A stretch of DNA of 64,000 bases from Octopus vulgaris (lineage: Eukaryota): assembly GCA_951406725.2 (NCBI GenBank), contig OX597834.1, forward strand, positions 43,958,001 to 44,022,000, in the 5' to 3' direction. Below are positions 53,410 to 64,000 of this stretch, piece after piece; within the stretch, counting starts at the first letter, position 1; each line of letters opens with the position of its first letter. The notes under the pieces were generated by a model that saw only the letters and a list, made by a program, of their open reading frames with translations, did no database searches and was not told where the DNA came from. A program made the position numbers and the translations under genes.

Positions 53410-54830
53410 CAAGTGTGTTGAAGACTTGCAGAAGAGAGAGAGAGAGAGAGCAAGAGAGAGAAACATGAAGCTTTGAAGGAAAACCTTTCAGGCTCGTAAG
53501 AGGCTGGGTTCGAAAAGGTTTGAATTTGCAGAGCATAAAAATGATTGATGAGGCCATCAGTGTTGAATATGGCGGCTGGTGCTAATTATGGTGAGCAGCT
53601 GAAAAGAAATGATCGCTAAAAGGAGTCTACAACACCAAAGCAGACAAAAAAATGACGATGACTCCGCACTCGTGTGAAAGCACTTGCTTCCTTGCTAGAA
53701 TTTTTATTCTTCAAGAAGAAAAAAAATCAACACCAGAATTTAAAACTTCCAAATATCGCCAGCGGCTTCTTCTGGGCGGAAATGCTGTTTGTGATATGGA
53801 ATTAAAGCCTCTATCTACTTCTATATCGTTATAAATATCCAAAGAGCTTTCGAGGGTTACGCAAAGTGTAAGAATTAATCTCTGATTTGACGTTCAAGTA
53901 AGAAGACATGGATGCCTAACAGCTTTACCAAAGAGTGGCTTACAAAGAATATCCGAGCATTACTAAAAATGTTAGTAAACCAAACACAATATATACACCA
54001 AAGCATTGTTCCTTTCAGACAATGCAGCAAGCCACTTGGTGAACTTAAATGAGCTTTCTGATAATTCTAGAATAGAACAGATCTCTTAGAATACAACCTT
54101 GCTCCAGCCAATAGATCAGTGATTCTCCACCGGGGTCCACGTAATAAAATAGTAAATTGAGGACCCATAATAGTATTCTAAGGATTCCGGAAAAAATTTT
54201 GCTTTAGATGTATTTATTTGTATGTATTGAAAGAAAGATGTTTCGTTTTTGGATTTGGTTTGCAAGATTCTTTATATGAGTACGTGTGTTGAAGCATATT
54301 CTGTTGTGTCTGGGGAGAGTCATTTTCCTTTTGTGCCTTATAATGTAATACACTCACCAGTAAAATTTCCACTTTTTAGTAAAAACTATCGAAAAGGTTG
54401 CAAGACGCAACGAAAATTTTAGGAAAATAAAAATAAGATGACTCTCTCCAGACACAACAGAAAGAAAGATTTCTCGCTAACATTTTCAGTCGATTATAAG
54501 TCGATGTGTGAAAAGCAAAACAGGAATTTTGAAAGAAGTATTAATAAAACTAGTTTTTAAAAATCAAATGGTTATTGGGGGTCCACCAGAATAAAATAAG
54601 GACCAAAGGGGTTCATGGACAAAGACTGGTTGAGAGCCCCTGCAAACGATCAACATGTGATTGCTAATTTCAAGGAATATTATCAGTGAAGTTTCGAACA
54701 ACTTACGAAAGTAATTTACATTCAGAAGAAGAATCAGGAGGACATAATAGATGCGGTGGAAAACATGGGTGGGTGATGGAACAAAGTGAAATCCCCAATT
54801 TTGAATGGTGCTTGGGAAAATATATGGACA
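53410..54830 (+). pseudogene. Decayed Tigger/pogo (DDE_1) transposase of a DNA transposon
   Basis: Colinear Tigger1-like motifs: RGWVRKGLNLQSIKMIDEA (~53500); RIFILQEEKKSTPEFKTSKYRQRLLLGGNAVCDMELKPL (53697-53813); ALFLSDNAASH (~54003-54035); NTTLLQPID|QHVIANFKEYY (54090-54116 plus 54651-54683); IIDAVENMGG*WNKVKSPILNGAWENIW (54744-54827). Stops and frameshifts throughout. Confidence 0.85.
54117..54642. mobile_element. hAT-type MITE inserted in the Tigger fossil
   Basis: TIRs CAGTGATTCTCCACC and (reverse complement) CAGGGGCTCTCAACC; 8-bp TSD caatagat/caaacgat (6 of 8 match). Removing it restores the transposase frame. Confidence 0.85.
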
Positions 54831-55369
54831 GACGGTATCAACGATTTCACAAATGTCACAATATCTTCATTATTTGGAGGAAGTCATAGCGGACGATATG
54901 GTTGGATTACTTAGTGTTCTGCAGACAAACTATATACGGTGAGTAAACGTGGTGTGTGCGCATCAAACTAATGTAGTTTACTCAGAGATGAATACGAATC
55001 TATATATGTCAAGCGTGATAATTGAGTTACGCAACGCGGTTTTTGATTCCCTGTTGTGGCTTTCGCGTTTTGACAACATTCTGTAAAGCTACTACAGTCT
55101 CTCATTTCCCTTTCAAATTAGAAAAATACGAAACAAAATCCTTGAACTAATCCAAGAGCCAGTAAATATTTTCCGAGCTTTCTTTGAGAGAAAGTGTGTT
55201 CGTTCAGAGTATAATTATAACCATCTGTTCAAGCATTATTAAATATTTCACCATCATCTTGGTTTCTACTCCCCTCAAAGATTAAATTCGCTAAGATAAT
55301 GAATCGTGACGTAAAAATAGGTAAATGCTTCGCTATTAGTTTGCAGCTAACTTTTCTCAGCGTGCATAT

Positions 55370-55529
55370 ATATAGATTTAGATATGTATATATGTATGTA
55401 TGTGCATGTATGTATATCTATATATGTATATAGATATGTCTATGTAAATGCATATATATGTGTATATAATATGTGCATGTATGTCTATATATGTATATAG
55501 ATATGTCTATGTAAATGCACATGTAAATG

Positions 55530-55577
<48 letters not shown>

Positions 55578-55644
55578 TATAAATATATATGTAAGTATGT
55601 ATATATATGTATATATATATATGTATGTATGTATATATTGTATG

Positions 55645-55682
<38 letters not shown>

Positions 55683-55715
55683 AATATATATGTATGTATA
55701 TAAAATATATGTATG

Positions 55716-55764
<49 letters not shown>

Positions 55765-55805
55765 GTATGTATATATATATATATGTATGTATATAAATAT
55801 ATATG

Positions 55806-55900
<95 letters not shown>

Positions 55901-55948
55901 ATATATGTAAATATGTATATGTATGTATGTATACACACACACACACAT
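55370..55948. repeat. Long (TA)n/(TATG)n microsatellite
   Basis: Direct inspection. Confidence 0.95.
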
Positions 55949-56215
55949 ACAATCAACTTTTACGACAGAGAAAGATTTCCATCACACATATCGTATAAAT
56001 GCTTGCATAAACACGCACCTGTAAAGAAATACATGTGTGTGTGTATCGATTAAATAAATATACATACGTTACTCAGACACACGTCTGCATGGATGCATGT
56101 GTGTATCGATTAGATAGATAGCTATACATATACAGACACGTGAGTGTACGTTTATATATATATATATACAGCGATTAGATATACATATACACAGACTCGT
56201 GTGTGTGCGTATGAA

Positions 56216-56255
<40 letters not shown>

Positions 56256-56924
56256 TATATACCTACACAAGCAAACGAACACACACGCGATGTTTGTTCG
56301 TGTGTATAGATTTATATAAATTCGTGTTTTATCAAGTTGTAAGCGCCTACAGACGTCTATAGGAGCACAGAGAGACACTTTATTCTAATGGTGGGGGAGT
56401 CACTCATACACACACACACGAAGCCTATATACATGCACAAACGCGTGAGCGTGCGATAAATTAAAATGGTAATTGCCGCCACTAGTCGTCATAATCATCA
56501 TCATCATCATCATCATCACGGTCGTCGCCCCAGTAACAACAATGCTGATACGATTAACTACAACAGGTGGCTGACAAGTGAAGCCTTGACGAAATTTATT
56601 AATTAAATACACAAACAGATGTGATATGAGAGAGGGAGAGCGAGAGAGGGGAATGGAGGTGAGATGGAGGTGAGGAAAGAAAGAGAAAAGAGAGAAAATG
56701 AAAGAATCTACTTGAAAAACTATACCAATTTCCAGAAGTGTTTTTTTTTTCTGTCTGATGTACTATCTGGGGCAGGTAGAAAGGTGGCGGATGGGCGGGA
56801 CTGGGAGTTGTGTCGCACAGATGAGGACAAATATATTACACACACAAACACAGCAGAAGCTGGTCGAAAAAATAGGGGAGACGGGTTATGAGAGAACACC
56901 AAATATTGTTTAAAGAATGAGAGC

Positions 56925-56984
<60 letters not shown>

Positions 56985-56985
<1 letters not shown>

Positions 56986-57292
56986 GGAATTCTTAGAGGT
57001 TTGGATAATTCACCTTTGGAAACATAGGTGGTTCGTTCAACATCCTTAACCCTTATTCAGGGACCTTTTGAGTGGGATGGGTTACTCGACCAGAAGAAAA
57101 TTCTAACTGGGTCCCACCTGCAAGTTCATGCGCTGTCTATCTTGATATGAGATCATCATGTCGCGCACATTTGGTTGGGATGTATGCATGTGCCTAGTGT
57201 ACCCTTATCAGACGGGTAGTCATGATGGTTATACTGGGCTTCATATATTTTACTCCAATGTCACTTTGATGGCATGCACTGCTCTCCCACTC
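56985..57292 (+). mobile_element. Family F retroposon, 5'-truncated, inside a pure (AAT)n array
   Basis: Matches ~7063-7363; long (AAT)n on both flanks. Confidence 0.7.
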
Positions 57293-57328
57293 AATAATAA
57301 TAATAATAAAAGTAATAATAATAATAAC

Positions 57329-57371
<43 letters not shown>

Positions 57372-57745
57372 GTAATAATAATAATAATAACAATAATAAT
57401 AATAATAACTGTTTCTATTTTTAGGCACCAAGGTACCAAAGATTTTATGTATTCTCGAAAGAAGACCGGTCACAAAATGAAACAAGGAACTCCCAATGAC
57501 TGTACTGACAAATAATCTTTCCATCTTTTACTTGTTTCAGCCAGTTTACAGTGGCCATGTTGGAGCACTGCCTTGAAAGATTTTAGCCAAGCAAATCCAC
57601 CCCATAACATTTTTTGTTGCTGTAAAAGCCTAGTACTTATTCAATCAATCTCTTTTGTCGAACCACTAAGTTACCAGGACGTAAACACATTAACAACTGT
57701 TGTTAAGCAGTGGCGAGGGGACAAACACAGACACACACATAAATA

Positions 57746-57962
57746 TGTGTGGGTTCTGGAAAGTTCCTGGCTTTGGATAAAACGAAATACAGGAGGATCA
57801 GTTCCTTATGAATTTATCCAACATATTCCCCCCTTCAGATTCACACACTTATTGCAATGCTCCTTTAGTTTTTCTAAGCCCTATCTAAGAACTCAGAAGG
57901 CTGGACCTCAAACTAAGTGTTTAGCGATACCTTCAAATCCAGGAACTTTTCAACATCCCCTC

Positions 57963-57963
<1 letters not shown>
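57746..57963. mobile_element. Tc1/mariner-type MITE, second copy
   Basis: Colinear with 36378-36595; ggaaagttcctgg...ccaggaactttt; TA flanks. Confidence 0.75.
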
Positions 57964-57993
<30 letters not shown>

Positions 57994-58005
57994 CACTTAT
58001 ATACT

Positions 58006-58037
<32 letters not shown>

Positions 58038-58090
58038 ACCCATGCTAGCATGGAAAACGGACGTTAAACGATGATGATGATGATGATATG

Positions 58091-58280
58091 TTCAGCAAAA
58101 TTTAGATTCAGATGAATATGGTACTTAAGTTAAAGGCACCAGAATTTGGTATGGTATTATCCATATAAATCAAATGGGGTGGTTATGATCAAAATAAGCA
58201 ACAAAGATATCATAAAATGAAGTAGCATGAAACGATTGTACTACACTACCTTGGATATCCTTGTTGCTTATTTTGATCAT
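58091..58280. mobile_element. Unclassified repeat with internal inverted repeat, deleted copy
   Basis: First ~120 bp nearly identical to 59408-59529; last ~65 bp match 59748-59812. Confidence 0.75.
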
Positions 58281-59091
58281 CTATATATATATATATATAT
58301 ATATATACATGGCTGGCTTCTTTCAGATTCCGTCTACCAAATCACCTCACAAGGCTTTGGTTGACCCAAGGCTACTGCCGAAGACACTTGCCCAAGTACG
58401 TTGCCATGGAGTGAGATCCAAACCTGGAACCATGTGGTTGGGAAAGATGTTTACAGCAAACTTTGCAGACTCTTTGTAGGATTCCATACTCTTAGACATT
58501 ACAGGAAAAAGGACAAAAAAGACACAAAAAAAGAACAACAAAGACAGCAGGTGGGGTAAATACAACCTGAATACCTCCGATAGCAGGTTTACTGGATCAA
58601 GACTTGTTTGAGCTAAACAACGGCAAACACTAAAACAGCCGTTGCAGTCAAAACATGATTTGGTTAATCACTACTATGAACATCATCATCATCATCATCA
58701 AATAATATAAAATTATTTGGTTTTCTCTATGAACATTTAGAAATTCTTTTATTTTTCGACTTTGTTTTCTTGTTTACTCACTGGAAATTTGTAAAGATAC
58801 ATTTAGTTTCTTTAGAAGAGTTGAGTTCAATGGTTTAGTCATTATTTAATGGTTGTCATTTCCATTAGGAGCCAGACAATTGCAATAAAACACCAGATAC
58901 TTAGGTAGTCACGTGTGTGCGTCTGTCTGTGTGTACATATACATACATAGACATTTATATAAATATGTGTATGTAGGTTACATATATATATTATATTTGT
59001 GTATATGTACACCGATGTACTTTTATATATATATATATATATATTATGTACATACATATACACATTTATATAAATATATAGGTATGTTGAG

Positions 59092-59140
<49 letters not shown>

Positions 59141-59407
59141 TGTGTATATGTATATTGATGCACTTTTATGTGTGTCTGTGTGCGTAAGCATACATATTAC
59201 AGACAGACAGTTGGTGATCTTATCTATCAGAAATGCTAAGGATTGGAAGTGTTTTCAAATATCTTTTTTTTTCCTTTCTTTTTTTAGAATGGTTGTTTAT
59301 TTGCATCCATAAAACCGGACAGCTTGGTTATGAAACCCAAATCTAAACATTATCTACTTACATTTCATTATACATCCAATCTGTGTGTGTGTATGTGTGT
59401 GTGTATA

Positions 59408-59812
59408 TTCAGCAAAATTTAGATTCAGATGAATATGGTACTTAAGTTAAAGGCACCAGAATTTGGTATGGTATTATCCATATAAATCAAACGGGGTGAT
59501 TATAATCAAAATAGGCAACAAGGATATCCGAGGTAGACTAGTACAATTGTTTCAGATGGAGATTGAACATACTACTATCATGTTCTTCAGAATGAAATCA
59601 ACCTCTCTGTCTATATATCTACCCTCTTTATAATGTTGGCAAATGAAATGGAGATAAGAATGTGCATTGTCCGTTTGATTGGAAAATTCTATAAATGGCT
59701 GAAGATTGCTCAACATTTTAAAATTGATGTAATACTTACAGTGTTTAATAAAATAAAGTAGCATGAAACAATTGTATTACACTACCTTGGATATCCTTGT
59801 TGCTTATTTTGA
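59408..59812. mobile_element. Unclassified repeat with 49-bp inverted arms (59506-59554 / 59764-59812)
   Basis: tcaaaataggcaacaaggatatccgaggtag...tgtttca pairs with tgaaacaattg...ggatatccttgttgcttattttga. Confidence 0.75.
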
Positions 59813-59837
59813 ATATATATATATGTATGTATGTATT

Positions 59838-59877
<40 letters not shown>

Positions 59878-60285
59878 AACACACAAATACGCAGAACAGC
59901 ATGTTAATTTTCAATTTGGAAACATTTTGTGTTCCACCTAAACAAATCTGCCAATCTCTTCTTGCCGATCAAATGAAACAGATTCAAGATATTTTGACGT
60001 TTTGCACTTTAAACCCATTCCATACCACCCCCATCAGGGACCACGCCAGGTCCATGACACAAATTCACTGTTTTACTGCTTCAGCATTTAAAGAAGTCAT
60101 ATCCTGTCTAAAGATCCTAAATGTTCTATGTTCACATTAGCCAGATCCAGCCAGTCACACACCTGTTCTACAATCTCATTCCAAAAATATAGAATCAGAT
60201 TAGAAAAACCTTAAATCTAGGAGAAATAAATCATGAGTAATTCAAAACAATGGGAATAACTAAGAATAGCATCATCATTGTTTAA

Positions 60286-60506
60286 CCCTTTAGTGTTTAA
60301 ACCGGCTACATCCAGCCCAATATATTCTACATGTTTTATATTCAAACTGGCCATATCTAGCCTCTCACACCTAACCTACATTGACATTCTAAAAATAAAC
60401 AATCACATCATTGAAACCTCAAAGCTATAAGGTAATGCATGATTAATTCATAACAATTTGAGTGAAAAAGTATTACATTTAACAGAGTAATCTGAACACT
60501 AAAAGG
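60286..60506 (+). mobile_element. piggyBac-like MITE family G
   Basis: TTAA-CCCTTTAG...CTAAAAGG-TTAA, inserted at the TTAA of a family E tail. Further decayed copies at ~13060-13240, 19470-20760 and 26340-26425. Confidence 0.85.
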
Positions 60507-61130
60507 TTAACGTCCGTTTTCCATGCTTGCATGGGTTAGATGGTTTGACTGGGGACTGAACCAGGAACCATGTGATTGGGAAGCAAGCTTCTTATCACAC
60601 ACCCACGCTTGTGCCTATAATAAAGAATTTAGTAAATAAATTTCTGATCATTAAGCTGAGGTCTGGAGCAAATTAGCATAAAATTTTGATGGACAATTAC
60701 AATTTAGACCCCTTTAAAACTTTAACGTCTATATCAAAGTACCTGGTAACTGCCCCAGGTCTATATCAAAGTACCTGGGGTAGTTTCGGGGTGGGTGGGT
60801 CGGCAACGAAAGGTTTAATGTTTGTTTCTAAAAACAAAAAAAAAAAAACAAAATGCAATGGTGAGGTTTAATGTGCTGTTATTTCTAGCAAGTTAAGACA
60901 ACCACATTGTCCTGAATAAAGTACCAGTAATATACAGGGTCCATTTCAATTGCAGACATGTTTACTTTGTGCTTTAAGCAATCAATATTTAAAATCAGAA
61001 CAAGAAGTGGCAGCGGGGGGGGGGGGGGAGAAATAGGGAGAAGAGAAAAAAAAAAAGATGAGGATGCTGACAGCAGTAGTAGCAGTGAGAAGAGGTAGAA
61101 GCATGTGTTAAAATGGAGCAAACATTTGAG

Positions 61131-61166
<36 letters not shown>

Positions 61167-61464
61167 AAGTAGGAGGTATGATGAAGGAGAGAAAGAGGGG
61201 GAGACGCAGGATGAGGCGGTGGTGGTGGTGGCGGCAGCGGCGGCTTTGGACTGTATTCTGCTAGACAGACAGACTTTCATTTCCTGACAGATGCCAGATG
61301 AAATGGAAGAAAGTCTTTTACTGCAAACCACAGCAAAAGTATCATCATCATCATCATCACCACCACCACCATTCATTGCAGTCTAGCTTGCATTTTAGGT
61401 ACAAAACACACAACATTTCATTATACTCCCCATTGATCATATATGTGTGTGTGTGTATGCATGC

Positions 61465-61510
<46 letters not shown>

Positions 61511-61858
61511 TAAATAAATTGATGAGTTATCAAAATGTGCAAAGTGGTGGAATGGACTAAAAGACAAAGACCGTCATTTTGGACGAATCTTTCTCCTCTG
61601 TTAGACATTATAAGCACCAATTCAAGACAACAACAACAATAATAATAATGACAATAATCCTTTCTACTAAAAGCACAAGGCCTGGGTGAGGGGGTGAGGG
61701 GGTGTGGTTGATTACACTGACCCCAGTATTCTACTGGTACTTAATTCAGCAACGCTGGAAGAATGAAAGGCAAAGTCGATCTTGGTGGAATTTGAACTCA
61801 GAACGCAAAGACAGACGAAATATTGCTAGGTTGAGAGATAAATACACAGGTAGATATA

Positions 61859-62240
61859 GGTGCAGGAGTGGCTGTGTGGTAAGTAGCTTGTTTACCAGCC
61901 ACATGGTTCCAGGTTCAGTCCCACTGCGTGGCACCTTGGGCAAGTGTCTTCTACTATAGCTTCAAGCTGACCAAAGCCTTGTGAATAGATTTGGTAGATG
62001 GAAACCTAAAGAAGCCCGTCATATACATGTATATATATGTATGTATGTGTTTGTCCCCCACCATTGCTTGACATACAATGGTGGCATGTCTACGTCCCCA
62101 TAATTTAGTGGTTCAGCAAAAAAGAGACCGATAGAATAAGTACTAGGCTTAGAAAGAATAAGTCCTGGGGTTGATTTGCTTGACTAAAGGCGGTGCTCCA
62201 GCATGGCCACAGTCAAATGACTGAAACAAGTAAAAGAGTA
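61859..62240 (+). mobile_element. tRNA-derived SINE family A, full-length reference copy
   Basis: A-box-like tggctgtgtgg, B-box-like ggttcagtccc, CORE-like accttgggcaagtg, internal (TA)n(TG)n, tail actgaaacaagtaaaagag; more than 10 copies in the window. Confidence 0.9.
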
Positions 62241-63637
62241 AATAAGATAGACATTAGAAAGACAGATATAGATACACATTCACATAAACAATCTATCACA
62301 AACGAGTTAATAAATATGTATGTACATAGATACACACACTTCACAGGTAAATATTGAATTGAACCTAGGTAGGCAAATAGATATACTGCTCCTCAAAATT
62401 TAATCACAGTCCATGGGTCAACAGAAGGCTATGGATAAAAAAAAATTTGCTTATAGTGATCAAATGGATGTGCTGTACATTAGATCACTCACTTCATCAA
62501 ATTGAAATACTCTGAACATGTGTGCAGTGTACCATGTGTCAGGTGTCAAGGTGATCGCAGAGCAGAGCAATGTGAGATGAACACACCACCCGGTCTAGGA
62601 ACTGAAACCATAATCTCACGACCGTCAGCACAACATTCTAACCACTAAGCCAGGCATCCTCACAGCTGATAAGAACAATACCATTAACAGATTTCCATAC
62701 TGTTATTAATTCCCTGGTGTTTAGTCAGTGAGATGGTTGATGTTAGGAAGGACCTTCAGACAGAAAAAACCCTGCCAAAACAGACAGTGAAGCCTGGTGC
62801 AATCGTCTGCCTATCCACCCATGCCAGTGTGGAAAACAGACGTTAAATGACGATGACGAAAGGTGCTTAGGCCAAAATAAAAAAGGGGCTATGGGTAAAA
62901 TATTTCCCCCCAAGAAGCCATGCAATGGAACCGAACTCAGACTGCTCTGTTTGCAATGCAAATTTGTTAATTATTCAGCCATGCTGAGTATCTTTTGATA
63001 ATCCTTTTGGCTCATCCACAACAAAAACACCAACCTACACTGGCCCATCACCTCCTCCCATCAAATTCACAGAACGCAACAACTTCAGACAAAACCATTT
63101 CTTCCTCCAGATGTTAACAAATCCACAAATTTCATCTACATCTTGTATACGCATGTGTGTGTGTGTGTGTGTGTGTGTGCATGTATATGTGTATGAATGT
63201 GTGTTTCCTCGTTAGTCAAATGAAGTCTTGTTACACATAAGCCCCTACTTTGCTGTGTGTGTGTGTAGTGTGTAACATTATGTAATTAATTAACTTTTAA
63301 TTATGTTTATTCATTCATTAGCTTCCTTTGCATTCCACTTCCTGTCAGAATTCTTTATGTAAATAAGTCTCTTCACGCTTCTTTCCCTTCCACTACCACT
63401 GGGAACGAGCCACATGGAATCAGGGGCCCCAAACAAGCGTTGAGATGAAGGGACCCATCAGAGACCCATCAAACTCATGCCAGCAATGAAAAAAGGACAG
63501 CTGAGGATTCTTCAAGTCTGCAGGGACTATTTAGAATAAGGAAAAAAGCTTTTACACTCAGTTTCACACACACACACACACACACGAGCTTGTGTGATTT
63601 AACCATTTAGCATTTAAACTGACCCTATCCAACCCAA

Positions 63638-63972
63638 GGCACATGGCTGAGTGGTTAGAGCATTGAGCTCACAATCATGAGGTAGTGAGTTCGATTCCTG
63701 GACTGGGCTGTGTGTTGTGCTCTTGAGCAAGACACTTTATTTCACGTTGCTCCAGTTCACTCAGTTGTAGAAAGGACTGGCAAGATCACTGGTGCCAAGC
63801 TGTATCGGCCCCTTTGCCTTTTCCTTGGATAACATTGGTGGCACGAAGAGGGGAGGCTGGCATGCATGGGCGACTGTTGGTCTTCCACAAAAACAACGTT
63901 GCTCAGACTTGTGCCTTGAAGAGTAACTTTCTTGGTGCAATCCCATGGTCATTCATGACCAAAGGTGGTCTT
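63638..63972 (+). mobile_element. tRNA-derived SINE family C, full length
   Basis: A box tggctgagtgg, B box agttcgattcc; colinear with 18674-19008. Confidence 0.85.
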
Positions 63973-64000
63973 AATCCAAGCCAAAACATTTCACCTGTTC

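Larger units (their letters stand above)
57525..58445 (-). mobile_element. SINE family A split by nested insertions at its internal microsatellite
   Basis: 3' half at 57525-57740, 5' half at ~58310-58445. Confidence 0.7.

Overview
AT-rich, microsatellite-dense animal genomic DNA. Its SINE and MITE families are of the kind I associate with Octopus; the species is inferred, not proven. The only host protein-coding sequence I can support is the 3' part of an LMO4 (LIM-domain-only 4) gene on the minus strand: a 238-nt exon encoding the second LIM domain (38523-38760) and a probable 12-nt terminal coding exon (35188-35199, CCL*). No first-LIM exon was found, so the upstream intron is probably over 25 kb and runs off the right edge. 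The rest is non-coding: four tRNA-headed SINE families, a (GAT)n-tailed retroposon, a (TAA)n-flanked retroposon, mariner/hAT/piggyBac-type MITEs, a Tigger/pogo transposase fossil, an RTE LINE fragment, satellites and local duplications. Most notable: (i) a tRNA-headed, TSD-flanked element carrying a decayed Penelope-type minimal hammerhead ribozyme and an inverted head, plus a second hammerhead with an intact core in the LMO4 intron; (ii) a ~17-kb CpG-retaining domain inside the LMO4 intron; (iii) alternative LMO4 C-termini; (iv) several long fold-backs. Nearly all ORFs in the supplied track are microsatellite or SINE artefacts. Repeat boundaries were read by eye and are approximate.
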